A stretch of 64,000 nt of DNA from Desulfobacterales bacterium (GTDB lineage: Bacteria > Desulfobacterota > Desulfobacteria > Desulfobacterales > UBA2174): the NCBI GenBank assembly GCA_963668645.2, contig CAXXWC010000010.1:320001-384000 (forward strand), read 5' to 3'. This document shows, piece by piece, positions 19,144-28,585 of the stretch (its first letter is position 1; each line of letters opens with the position of its first letter). The notes beneath the pieces were generated by a model, which saw only the letters and a list, made by a program, of their open reading frames with translations, made no database searches and had not been told where the DNA came from. Position numbers and translations under genes: made by a program.

Positions 19144-21977
19144 TTCGCTGTTTTCGCGTTTTCGTGGCACTCCTGCCCGCCGTGCTGTTTCTGGCGCAGG
19201 CAACCGTCGTGGCGGCTATGGAAACGGCTCTCGACGGCCTGCGCCCGGGCGACGAATCCTTCGTGGCGGCCGTACGTTTCAACGGCCGTGGGCTGCCCGA
19301 ATATTACGATTTGATCGAATCTGCCGACGGGACGCTGCTGCTCCCGGTCGCGGCCATCTTTCTTGCGGGTGAAGCCAGTGTCGAGCGCGACGACGGCCGG
19401 TTGCAGCTCGAGGTGGCCTCCAGCGGCGTCCGGCTGGTCATCGACCGCTACGACCGCATCGTGCATCTGTCCGACCGCCAGCGGCCGCTGGGCGCTGATG
19501 ACATCCGCTACCACGACGAGACCTACCTCGTCTCGAGCGCCTTGCTTGCCGAGGCCTTCCAACTCACATCCCGTTTCAACAAGGCGACCCAAGAACTGAC
19601 GGTGACCAGTGCGCGGCCGTTTCCACGGGACCTACGCCTAGCCCGCGAGCGGCGCTGGGACCGTCTCGACCCGAAAGCGCCGCTTGCCGCGCCCGTACGT
19701 TCCTGGAAACCGGATTACGTCCTGTTCGGCTCACCCCAGGTCGATGTGTCGCTTTCCGGCCATCAAAACGATACCGGCCAAGCCACGGGCAGTTGGAGTG
19801 CCCTGGCAGTCGGTGAAGCGCTGTTTTTGACCCATCATCTTTATGCCGCAGGCAGCCAGGACGACCCGCTGAGCAGCCTGCGGTTGCGCTCCGGACGGAT
19901 GTCGCCCACCGGTGGGGTCTTCGGCCTGGACCGCCTCTACGACGCCCAGTTCGGCGATATTTCCGGCCTGCGCCTTCCGCTGGTGGGCGGCGGCAACAGT
20001 GGTCGCGGTCTGCGCTTGCAGGCCACACCGCTGCGCCGGGCCGACAACTTTGACAGAACCTTGATCGAGGGCGATGCGCCGGCTGGCTGGGACGCCGAAT
20101 TGTATCTGGGCGCCACCCTGCTCGATTTTCAACGCATCGGCCAAGACGGCCGCTACCGCTTCGACGATGTGCCACTCGATTACGGGGTCAACGACCTGAA
20201 GGTGGTTCTCTACGGCCCCCAGGGTCAGGTGCGTGAAACCCTGTTTCGCAAACAGATCGGCTCCGGCATGGTGCCCCCGGGCGAAATTCAAGGATCGGCT
20301 TTCCTGCTCGAAGACGGCGTCAAATTGTTTGAAGGCGCCAATGAAACGGCCTTTAACGAAGGCGGCGGTTCCTGGATCGCCGGCGTCAAGACCGATATCG
20401 GCCTGCACCGGCGTTTAACCGCCGGCCTGTTCGGCGCCCGAGCCCCCACGGGAAGGTCGACCGAAAGCGACGCGGGTCAATCTGGCGCCGTCCGTGAGGT
20501 GGACGACTATTTCGGCCTGGAACTGCGCCCTGCCCTCGGCCGACTCGTCCTCGAGACCGGAGTGGCTGGCTGCGGCCTCGGCGGAGCCGCCGCCTACGGG
20601 CGTTTCAGTCTGCCGGTGGCGTCGACCTCCATCAGCGGTGGGTACTATCACTACGACCCGTCATACGCCTCCCAGGACAACGATGGCGGTCAGTTGGCGA
20701 GCCGGACCCACCTGCGCTTCGGCATCCCGCTGGGGACGGACCAGGCCGGCCGCGGTTCGGTCAGCGTCAGCCTGGAGGAAGAGCGGCACCGCGACAGCCA
20801 AAATGAGCGCGAAGCCAGCTTGACCTACGGCCATCGACTTGGTCCCTTGTCTCTCACCCACAAGCTCGAAAGCCGGTGGCTCGGCGACGGCTTTGGAGGC
20901 CCGTCTGGTCTCTATACACTCAACGCCTCCTATCGCCACGACCTTTTCGATCTGCGCGGCGAACTGAGCCATGGTCTCGGTCACGGCAGCGAAGAGCCAA
21001 GCCTGACCCTTAGCGGACTGTGGCGGCGCAACGATTTCAACCGCATCTACTGCACGCTCTCCCTTTCCCCCGGCGGCCAAACGACCTATGGAGTCGGCTG
21101 GAACCAGGATCTAAAATGGGCCGTCCTCTCTGTGAGCGCCTCGGCCGGCAACGGAGAATACAACTTTGGCATGGGGCTGAACTTCTCTTTCGGTCACACC
21201 CCGGCCGGCGGCCTGCTCATGAGCAGCCAGGCCCGGAGCACGACCGGCTTCGCCGACCTTCAGATCTTCGAAGACCTGGACGCGGACGGTGTCTTTACAG
21301 AAGGACGGGACCGCCCGATTCTGGGCGCGGGGGTCATGGTCAATCGTCGACCGTTCACCGAAGCCAGCACTGACGATCAGGGGCGCATCGGCCTGGACGG
21401 CCTTTCCATCTATGACCCGCTGGAATTGGCGGTCAACACCTACAGCCTGCCAGATCCTTTCCTCGTCCCGATATTTCCCGCCTCCAAGACTTGGCCGCGG
21501 CCGGGCAGGACCGTCGAGATAGCTCTTCCGGTGACCGAATCCTGCGAAATCAGCGGTACGCTGAAAATGCGCGTCAAAAAACCAGTCACCAACGGCAGAA
21601 ACGGGAAAAACGGCCACGAAATAGACGGCCTATCCAACGGCGCGGGCCGACCGGCCGAACGGATCGTTGAACGCCCCCTGGCCGGCATTCGGATTCAGGT
21701 CCTCGACGCCGACGGCCGGCTTCACGGCGAATCCCTGACCTTTTCCGACGGGTATTTCGTCTTCGACGCCGTCTACCCTGGCCGCTGGACCGTGCGGGTG
21801 CCTGCGGGTCAGAATGTTTACGGTACGGTACTGCAGGGCGTTGCCAACACTGCGGATGCGGCCCGCATGGCGGTCGTCCTGTCCGACCATGATCGCTATG
21901 TCACCGACCTCGAACTGGTCTTCGAGCCGGACGGTCGGCTCGCGGCGGAAACGGTTCATGATGAGGGCAGGCCTTAG
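19131..21977 (+). CDS. Usher-like outer-membrane protein with C-terminal carboxypeptidase-regulatory-like domains
   Basis: ~950 aa; FGDI, AELY...LLDF, GRYRFDDVPLDYGVN..KVVLYGPQGQ; amphipathic beta strands; start uncertain. Confidence 0.72.
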   Translation: MWTVVRCFRVFVALLPAVLFLAQATVVAAMETALDGLRPGDESFVAAVRFNGRGLPEYYDLIESADGTLLLPVAAIFLAGEASVERDDGRLQLEVASSGVRLVIDRYDRIVHLSDRQRPLGADDIRYHDETYLVSSALLAEAFQLTSRFNKATQELTVTSARPFPRDLRLARERRWDRLDPKAPLAAPVRSWKPDYVLFGSPQVDVSLSGHQNDTGQATGSWSALAVGEALFLTHHLYAAGSQDDPLSSLRLRSGRMSPTGGVFGLDRLYDAQFGDISGLRLPLVGGGNSGRGLRLQATPLRRADNFDRTLIEGDAPAGWDAELYLGATLLDFQRIGQDGRYRFDDVPLDYGVNDLKVVLYGPQGQVRETLFRKQIGSGMVPPGEIQGSAFLLEDGVKLFEGANETAFNEGGGSWIAGVKTDIGLHRRLTAGLFGARAPTGRSTESDAGQSGAVREVDDYFGLELRPALGRLVLETGVAGCGLGGAAAYGRFSLPVASTSISGGYYHYDPSYASQDNDGGQLASRTHLRFGIPLGTDQAGRGSVSVSLEEERHRDSQNEREASLTYGHRLGPLSLTHKLESRWLGDGFGGPSGLYTLNASYRHDLFDLRGELSHGLGHGSEEPSLTLSGLWRRNDFNRIYCTLSLSPGGQTTYGVGWNQDLKWAVLSVSASAGNGEYNFGMGLNFSFGHTPAGGLLMSSQARSTTGFADLQIFEDLDADGVFTEGRDRPILGAGVMVNRRPFTEASTDDQGRIGLDGLSIYDPLELAVNTYSLPDPFLVPIFPASKTWPRPGRTVEIALPVTESCEISGTLKMRVKKPVTNGRNGKNGHEIDGLSNGAGRPAERIVERPLAGIRIQVLDADGRLHGESLTFSDGYFVFDAVYPGRWTVRVPAGQNVYGTVLQGVANTADAARMAVVLSDHDRYVTDLELVFEPDGRLAAETVHDEGRP

Positions 21978-22092
21978 CCTTACGCGATGCGCTGAAACGG
22001 GCCGTTGCGATTTCTCCTGGACCTGCATTGAAACCGGGCCCCTGCGGCAAACGGCGTCATCGGCGAAAACGAATAAACAGAAAAGCGTTGCT

Positions 22093-22815
22093 ATGAATCG
22101 AGTTAGAAAACAGAGCAAGGGGGGGATCGGTGCCTGGGCATCGAAAGCGGTTTGCGTTTTCAGCATAGTGATTGTTGTCGGCCTTCTGGGTGTGGTTCTG
22201 TCTTTTGCAGGCGCCCCCGCCGCCCAAGACCCGCCAGATAGCAAAAACTTGGTCGCGGCTCCCGACCCGGCATCTTCCCCGTCCGCCGTGGAATCTGCCC
22301 CCACGTCCGAACCACAGCAGGTTGCCCCGAAAAACCAGCCACCGGCAGCGGCGGCGCAGGCCAACAAGGTGCCGGATGTCAAGATCGAAACACGACAGGG
22401 GTTGGACTTCGGTCTGCTGCGGGTGAGGCAGAATAGTTCCGGGTGGGTGGTTGTCGACCCGGGTGGCGGCTTTTGTGCCTCGCCAAGTGTCGCCTTTTCC
22501 AGCAGGCACATGCCGGCTTCCGGCCAAGTAACGATCAAGGCGGCACCGGAAAGCCGGATCCTTCTCCGCCTGACTTTCGATGATGGTGCCTCGGAAGGCT
22601 CTTGCATCAGTATTGGCGGGGTGACCCTGAGATCGCTGCGCCTCGGGCGTGGCATTCAGCAATTGGCGCGCAATGGTGAGTTCTGGGAACTGATCATGCC
22701 GCGAGCTGACGCCGAGACCGTTGAAGTGATGCTCCAAATCGGTGGAGAATTGCATTTTACATCATCCGATCAAGGCCGCTCATTTAAAACCGAGCTGCAT
22801 ATCGATTGCCAATAG
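22093..22815 (+). CDS. DUF4402-like secreted or membrane-anchored subunit (possible tip/minor subunit)
   Basis: N-terminal hydrophobic segment, Pro/Ala/Gln linker, QGLDFG and IGGEL motifs. Confidence 0.6.
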   Translation: MNRVRKQSKGGIGAWASKAVCVFSIVIVVGLLGVVLSFAGAPAAQDPPDSKNLVAAPDPASSPSAVESAPTSEPQQVAPKNQPPAAAAQANKVPDVKIETRQGLDFGLLRVRQNSSGWVVVDPGGGFCASPSVAFSSRHMPASGQVTIKAAPESRILLRLTFDDGASEGSCISIGGVTLRSLRLGRGIQQLARNGEFWELIMPRADAETVEVMLQIGGELHFTSSDQGRSFKTELHIDCQ

Positions 22816-22983
22816 CCTCTTGAAATTGGCTATCCTATCTATTTATTACAGAATAATGAGGTCAGGGAAGCCAGCGACAAAAAGTACCCCGGATGGGCAG
22901 CAACGCAGACACGATCCGGGAAATGTCCCTGCAGGCAGTGGATCCGGCCATCGATCAGGACAAAACGGCAAAGATCCTCGCGG

Positions 22984-23012
22984 TTGACAACAACGCCGGC
23001 GGCGAATATACA
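22984..23012 (+). promoter_or_regulatory. Sigma-70-like promoter
   Basis: TTGACA-N17-TATACA. Confidence 0.55.
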
Positions 23013-23065
23013 TCGGCGTAAATCACCCCTGCCTTGGCCGGATTTTTTCCTCTTTCAACAGAAGG

Positions 23066-23581
23066 TTGGCAACCACCCGATTTTTCAAATCGGGCAATAG
23101 CCAGGCGGTGCGACTGACGAAACCCTCTGGGAGTTGTCTTGAAATGGAGGCCCTGACGCAGCCGCTGATGTGGCTAAAATCCCTTGGCGCGTCCTTAACG
23201 CCGGAATTCATCAAGTGCCTGTTGATAATGCTCGGCGGGGGGCTGGGAGCCCTGAGCCGCTACGGCATCGGCCTGCTCTCGGTCCGTCTTTGGGGGGTCC
23301 ATTTTCCCTGGGGCACGCTGGCCGTCAACCTGATCGGCTGCTTTCTCATCGGACTGATCTTTGCCGCCGCCGACCGGGCCCGGCTCCTGAGTCCGGACCT
23401 GCGCCTCTTTCTGGTAACCGGGTATCTGGGCGCTTTGACCACCTTTTCCACTTTCGCCCTGGAAACGGTCAACGCCGGCCGGCTCGGCTTGACCCTGCAA
23501 CCTCTGGCCAATATCCTGGTCAACAACATCGGCGGCCTGGCCCTGGTCTTTATCGGCATGCGCATCGGCGGTCTGAGGTAG
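23066..23581 (+). CDS. crcB: Fluoride efflux channel CrcB/Fluc (real start probably 23143-23228)
   Basis: GGGLGALSRY, FPWGTLAVNLIGC, TGYLGALTTFSTF. Confidence 0.92.
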   Translation: MATTRFFKSGNSQAVRLTKPSGSCLEMEALTQPLMWLKSLGASLTPEFIKCLLIMLGGGLGALSRYGIGLLSVRLWGVHFPWGTLAVNLIGCFLIGLIFAAADRARLLSPDLRLFLVTGYLGALTTFSTFALETVNAGRLGLTLQPLANILVNNIGGLALVFIGMRIGGLR

Positions 23582-23591
23582 GAGAAAGCGG

Positions 23592-24899
23592 ATGTTAAAC
23601 TACAAGGCCATCGAAATCTTCACCAACGAGGCGGTGCGTTACCAGGGCCAACCCCTGGCCGAGGCCGTGGTGGAGTATGTCCGGCGCCTGAAAATCGCGG
23701 CGCGCTGCATCGTCACAAGGGGCATCGCCGGCTGCGACGAGAGCGGAGAGACGACCACCATGCGGCTGGAGGTGCTCTCCTACAACCTGCCGGTGCGCAT
23801 TTACATCGTGCTTCCCGCCGCGGAAACCGACCGCGTCCTGGAAAAACTCAGCACCATGGTCGTCGAGGGGATCGTCGCCGTGCACGAACTGGCGGTGATC
23901 AGCCACCGGACCCGCAACGCCTTTTTCCCCCGCAAGCTGCTGGTTCGCGACGTGATGACCGCCCCTGCCCGTAGCGTCGGCGCCGACAGCTCCCTGCGCC
24001 AGGCGGCCCGGATTCTTCTTTCGGCGGTCTTTACGGGGTTGCCGGTGGTCGACCAACGCAGCCGCCCGGTGGGCGTGATCTCCCAAGGCGACCTGATCGT
24101 TCGCGGCGGGCTGCCGCTACGCCTGGGACTTTTGGTGGAAACAGGCAGCAACGAATGCGAAACGATCCTGCAGAAACTGGCAGACCGGCGGGCCGCAGAA
24201 GTCATGAGCCGCCCGGCGGTGGTCATCGCCGCCGACCGTCCCCTGGCCGAGGCCGTGGAAAAAATGCTCGCCAAGAAGGTCAAGCGGCTGCCGGTGGTGG
24301 ACCGGGACGGACACCTGACGGGAATCCTCTCGCGGATCGACATCTTTCGCACCGTGATGCGCGCCGCACCGGACTGGAAGGCGTTTCAGGAGCAGAAAAT
24401 CGAGGTGCGGGACCTGAAACGGGTGGGCGACATCCTGCGCAGGGACACGCACACCGTCGCTCCAGATGCCTCGGTCGCCGAGGTGATCCAGGTCATCGAC
24501 CGCGACGACATCCAGCGGGTGGCAGTGGTCGATGGGGACGGCAAGCTGCTCGGCATGATTTCGGACCGCGACCTGCTGCATTATTTCAAGCCCCGGCAAT
24601 CCGGCATCTGGAGCCTGCTCTCGCGTATGAAGCCGTCGGCGGCACAGGATGCCTGCGGCGACAACCTGCATGCATGTCTCAGCGATACCCGGGCCGCGGA
24701 CGTCATGATCACCGATCTTATCACGGTTGGCGAAGACGCCCTCATCGAGGAAGCCGTAGCCCTGATGACCGCCAACGCCTTGAAGCGACTGCCGGTGGTG
24801 GATGAAAAGGGCCGTTTCAAAGGAATGCTCAGCCGCAACGCGCTGCTGCACGCCGGATTCGAAAAGGTGGATAAAGACTGCGACCATGCTCTCGTTTGA
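23592..24899 (+). CDS. DUF190 (PII-like) domain fused to four CBS domains
   Basis: N-terminal V.RGIAG..LS.NLPV.I; repeated VRDVMT/LPVVD CBS motifs. Confidence 0.88.
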   Translation: MLNYKAIEIFTNEAVRYQGQPLAEAVVEYVRRLKIAARCIVTRGIAGCDESGETTTMRLEVLSYNLPVRIYIVLPAAETDRVLEKLSTMVVEGIVAVHELAVISHRTRNAFFPRKLLVRDVMTAPARSVGADSSLRQAARILLSAVFTGLPVVDQRSRPVGVISQGDLIVRGGLPLRLGLLVETGSNECETILQKLADRRAAEVMSRPAVVIAADRPLAEAVEKMLAKKVKRLPVVDRDGHLTGILSRIDIFRTVMRAAPDWKAFQEQKIEVRDLKRVGDILRRDTHTVAPDASVAEVIQVIDRDDIQRVAVVDGDGKLLGMISDRDLLHYFKPRQSGIWSLLSRMKPSAAQDACGDNLHACLSDTRAADVMITDLITVGEDALIEEAVALMTANALKRLPVVDEKGRFKGMLSRNALLHAGFEKVDKDCDHALV

Positions 24900-25911
24900 C
24901 AGGCAACGATTCCTCGCCCGCATCCGGCTGCCCGACGGCACCGCCGCCGAGCGCCCCGTGGAGATCCGCACCCATCCCATCACGGGCCGTACCTGCCGCA
25001 TCACCTTCAGCCGCGGCCAGGAGCGCGAACCGGGCGCCGAATCACTGCCCGCCCCGCCCCCTTTTGCCGCCGATACGGCCGGTTGCCCGTTTTGCCGGGC
25101 GCGTCTTGCCACCCACACGCCTCGGCTGGCATCCGAACTGCTGCCCGCAGGACGCCTGATCCGCGGCAGCTCGACCCTCTTTCCCAACCTTTTCCCCTAT
25201 GGGCGCTACAGCGCGGTGAGCCTCTTCGACGAGGAGCATTTCGTAGAGATCGGCACGGCCCGCCTGCCATCTTACACCGACTGCCTGCTCAACTGCCGCG
25301 ACTACCTAGCGCTGGTTCTCGACCACGATCCGGCCGCGGTCTTCATGGCGATCACCCAGAACCATCTGCCCTCGGCGGGCGGGTCTCTGCTTCACCCCCA
25401 CCTGCAAATCCAGGCCGACCACAGGCCCGCCAATCACCAGCGCTTTTTGCGAAAGCGGGCCGCCGACCACCACCGGCGGTTCGGGATCCGCCTTTTCAGC
25501 GATTACCTGGAAGCGGAACGCCGGGCCGGGCAGCGGCTCATCGGTGCGACCGGCCCCTGGCATTGGCTGGCGGCCTTTGCCCCGGAAGGATTTTTTGAAA
25601 TCTGGGGCATCCTGCCGGAAACCACCCACCTGAAACAGGTTGCCGACGCGGACTGGCAGGCCCTAGCCCGGGGGATGCTCAAGGCCCAAAACTTTTACCG
25701 CAGCCTCGGGCGCAACGGGTACAACTTCGGCCTGCTGCTGCTCGAAGACGGCTCGCACGACCAGGAACTGTGCGCCGTGCTGACGGTGCGCAGCAACTAC
25801 GCCCCCTGGGTGCGCAGCGATTTTACCGGCTTCGAAGTGATGCTGGGCGACATGGCCACCTTCACCGCGCCGGAGGAAACCGCCCGCCTAGCCCGCCCTT
25901 TCTGGGATTGA
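24886..25911 (+). CDS. Galactose-1-phosphate uridylyltransferase-like (HIT/GalT) protein
   Basis: R.HPITG, CPFC, PNLFPY, N..PSAGGSLLHPHLQ. Confidence 0.85.
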   Translation: MLSFDRQRFLARIRLPDGTAAERPVEIRTHPITGRTCRITFSRGQEREPGAESLPAPPPFAADTAGCPFCRARLATHTPRLASELLPAGRLIRGSSTLFPNLFPYGRYSAVSLFDEEHFVEIGTARLPSYTDCLLNCRDYLALVLDHDPAAVFMAITQNHLPSAGGSLLHPHLQIQADHRPANHQRFLRKRAADHHRRFGIRLFSDYLEAERRAGQRLIGATGPWHWLAAFAPEGFFEIWGILPETTHLKQVADADWQALARGMLKAQNFYRSLGRNGYNFGLLLLEDGSHDQELCAVLTVRSNYAPWVRSDFTGFEVMLGDMATFTAPEETARLARPFWD

Positions 25912-25943
25912 AGCCCCTGCCCCCCTGAAAGCCCCATCCCGGC

Positions 25944-25972
25944 TTGACAAGCCTCAGCCACGCCACTATATA
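25944..25972 (+). promoter_or_regulatory. Sigma-70-like promoter of the ArsR operon
   Basis: TTGACA-N17-TATATA. Confidence 0.7.
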
Positions 25973-26001
25973 GACAATGTGGAATTTACTGGAGGCAACC
26001 G

Positions 26002-26352
26002 ATGCAATCCTTCGTACGGGTCATGAAAGCCTTGTCCGACCCCAACCGGGTCAAGATCATCAAGCTCCTGCAGCAGCGCAGCCTCTGTGTCTGCGAGCTG
26101 CGCGCCGCCTTGTCAATCAGCCAGCCGAGCGTGTCCAAACACCTTAAAATACTCGAGGACGCAGGGCTCGTAACATCGAGCAAGGATGGGCTCTACGTCA
26201 ATTACCGGCTGGCGGACGGCAGCACCTCTCCTTACGCGTCCACCCTGCTGGGCAGCCTGCGCCACTGGCTCGACCACGACCCGGCAGTGGCGGCCCTGGT
26301 GGCCCGGGTGCCGGCCCTCGACCGCGAACAGCTCTGCCGAATCCTTCAGTAG
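26002..26352 (+). CDS. ArsR/SmtB family repressor
   Basis: KALSDPNRVKII, LCVCEL, SQPSVSKHLKIL. Confidence 0.95.
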   Translation: MQSFVRVMKALSDPNRVKIIKLLQQRSLCVCELRAALSISQPSVSKHLKILEDAGLVTSSKDGLYVNYRLADGSTSPYASTLLGSLRHWLDHDPAVAALVARVPALDREQLCRILQ

Positions 26353-26409
26353 ATTCTAATATAGGCATGGATTAATTTAAGGCGGCCCTTGTGCCGCCGG
26401 GTGGAGAAA

Positions 26410-27582
26410 ATGAAAGAACGCACCAAGCTCTTGTGGATCGTGGGATTTTTTTTGGCGGCCTATTACGTCCCCTGGAATCATCCCACCGTCCGCCAATCCG
26501 GGCTGGAAGCCTTCCTGATGCTCCAGGAGTACGCCCGCGAGCATGTTTTGACCTGCCTGATCCCGGCATTTTTCATCGCCGGGGCCATCGCCGTTTTTGT
26601 CTCCCAGGCTTCGGTGCTCAAATACTTCGGCGCCCAGGCGAGCAAGATCCTCTCCTACTCGGTGGCCTCGCTCTCGGGCACCATCCTGGCGGTATGCTCC
26701 TGCACGGTGCTGCCCCTGTTTGCCGGCATCTACACCCGCGGCGCCGGCATCGGTCCGGCCACGGCCTTTCTTTATTCGGGTCCGGCCATCAACGTGCTGG
26801 CCATCTCGCTGACGGCCAAGATCCTCGGCTGGCAGCTCGGCCTGGCCCGAGCCGTGGGGGCTGTCGTCTTTGCCGTGGTCACCGGCCTGCTGATGGCCCT
26901 GATCTTTCGCCGGGACGACGCGGCACGCACCTCGGGTAAAATCTACGTACCGGACAGCGAAGGCAAGCAGCGCACCCTGCTCCAGGACTCCCTCTATATC
27001 CTGACCATGGTCCTGATCCTGGTATTTGCCGCCTTTGCCAGGCCGGCTCCCGGATCGACGGGACTCTGGCCCGCGATTTTCGCGGCCAAGTGGTACATCA
27101 CCGCCGCCCTTTTGATCGTTCTCGGATTCATGCTCAAGGCCTGGTTCACCCGGGACGAGGGCCGCAGCTGGGTCGAATCCACCTGGGGCTTCATGAAGCA
27201 GATCTTCCCCCTTCTGGGCGGCGGGGTTCTGGTGGCCGGCTTTCTGCTGGGCCGCCCGGGTCATCCGGCCCTGATCCCGGAGGCCTGGATCCAGAACCTG
27301 CTGGGGGGCAATTCGCTGTGGGCCAACCTGATCGCCGCGCTGGCCGGAGCCCTGATGTACTTTGCCACCCTGACCGAGGTCCCCATCCTCCAGGGGTTGA
27401 TCGGCGCCGGCATGGGCAAGGGTCCGGCCCTGGCCCTGCTGCTGGCCGGTCCGGCCCTGAGCCTGCCCAACATGCTGGTGATCGGCAGCGTCATGGGACT
27501 GAAAAAGACCGCCACCTTCTGCGCCATCATCGTGATCCTGTCGACGCTGGCCGGACTGCTTTACGGTGCCTTGGTCGCCTGA
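26410..27582 (+). CDS. Permease, DUF318/ArsP family
   Basis: AVCSCTVLPLF, FLYSGPAIN, MYFATLTEVP, GPALSLP. Confidence 0.9.
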   Translation: MKERTKLLWIVGFFLAAYYVPWNHPTVRQSGLEAFLMLQEYAREHVLTCLIPAFFIAGAIAVFVSQASVLKYFGAQASKILSYSVASLSGTILAVCSCTVLPLFAGIYTRGAGIGPATAFLYSGPAINVLAISLTAKILGWQLGLARAVGAVVFAVVTGLLMALIFRRDDAARTSGKIYVPDSEGKQRTLLQDSLYILTMVLILVFAAFARPAPGSTGLWPAIFAAKWYITAALLIVLGFMLKAWFTRDEGRSWVESTWGFMKQIFPLLGGGVLVAGFLLGRPGHPALIPEAWIQNLLGGNSLWANLIAALAGALMYFATLTEVPILQGLIGAGMGKGPALALLLAGPALSLPNMLVIGSVMGLKKTATFCAIIVILSTLAGLLYGALVA

Positions 27583-27627
27583 AGCCCAGCCCAACAGGCA
27601 GCCCGGAAAGGTTCAGATGGCTTTGCC

Positions 27628-27981
27628 ATGGATTGTTTTGAAATGGAGAATCGACCGATGAGAATGCTGGCGGAATTTTTTCCGGAATTTGCCGAAATGC
27701 TCGACCAGATGGATGCCCTTTACGCGCAGCAGCGCAGCATCGACGAAAAGACTTACCAGCTCATCTGTTTTGCGCTGTCCATCAAGGGCCGTTCGAAGCC
27801 TTGCGTCCTCAAACATTTCAAAGGGGCACTGGAAGCCGGCGCCACCGTCAAGGAGCTGACCTATATCCTGGCCCTGGTGATGCGTGAGGCGGCCGGCGCG
27901 GACGACTGCTGGACCCATGACGTCATCGGCGACTGGAAAGAGATCATCGCCGGCAATATCCACTGCGACTGTCCAAAATAG
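27628..27981 (+). CDS. Carboxymuconolactone decarboxylase/AhpD-like protein
   Basis: IDEKTYQLI..ALS, CVLKH..GALEAGAT..EL; C-terminal HCDC. Confidence 0.8.
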   Translation: MDCFEMENRPMRMLAEFFPEFAEMLDQMDALYAQQRSIDEKTYQLICFALSIKGRSKPCVLKHFKGALEAGATVKELTYILALVMREAAGADDCWTHDVIGDWKEIIAGNIHCDCPK

Positions 27982-27992
27982 GAAGGTGTTCG

Positions 27993-28223
27993 ATGGAAAT
28001 CAAAGTATTGGGCCCTGGCTGCCCCAAATGCCAGCAGACGGAAAAGATCGTCAAGGAAGCGGTGGCCGAAGCAGGCGTGGCCGCCAACGTGGAAAAAATC
28101 ACCGACCTGATGAAGATCGCCGGCTACGGAGTTTTCGGCACCCCCGCGGTGGTGGTGGACGGCGAAGTCAAATCGGTGGGCAAAGTTCCCAAGAAAGAGG
28201 ATGTCCTCCAGTGGATCAAATAG
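27993..28223 (+). CDS. Small redox-active disulfide protein (thioredoxin-like)
   Basis: KVLGPGCPKC, YGVFGTPAVVVDG. Confidence 0.93.
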   Translation: MEIKVLGPGCPKCQQTEKIVKEAVAEAGVAANVEKITDLMKIAGYGVFGTPAVVVDGEVKSVGKVPKKEDVLQWIK

Positions 28224-28546
28224 AAAACGGCCAGGTTGCACCGGGGAGGCGGCTTGGCAGCGTCTCTCTGTCGCCGGGCCAGATCGCCTTCATCGCCGAG
28301 CGCACCGGGGTCATGAGCATTTTCCACGCCATCAGCGCCTTCGGCTGATGACACGGCTACAAGGGGCCGATCGGTCGGATCGGCAAACCACCGGACAACC
28401 GGGCCTATCGGACTTTCGCGGTGGACGGGATCGTACTTTACATCGAACAGTCCCTGCTTGACACCATCGATCCCGGGCAAAACATCCTGAAGGTGCACAT
28501 GGCTGATTACGGGACATGGGTGCTGCATTTCGGCGATTGCGGATAA
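28211..28546 (+). CDS. Candidate HesB/IscA-like selenoprotein with tandem Sec-Sec (G-U-U), not in the ORF track
   Basis: In-frame TGA-TGA at 28346-28351; the frame continues 64 sense codons to TAA; hairpin GCCGATC-GGTCG-GATCGGC at 28366-28384; GTG start with GAGGA RBS. Confidence 0.8.
28366..28384 (+). promoter_or_regulatory. Bacterial SECIS-like hairpin
   Basis: 7-bp perfect stem; loop starts with G, 21 nt after the second UGA. Confidence 0.72.
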
Positions 28547-28585
28547 CCTTTATTTTCTCGACAGCAACGGGATTGGGAGGCGGAA

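Noticed and set aside
23135..23180. Fluoride riboswitch upstream of crcB
   Set aside because: ATGGAG and GCTGATG words are present but the required pairing could not be formed.
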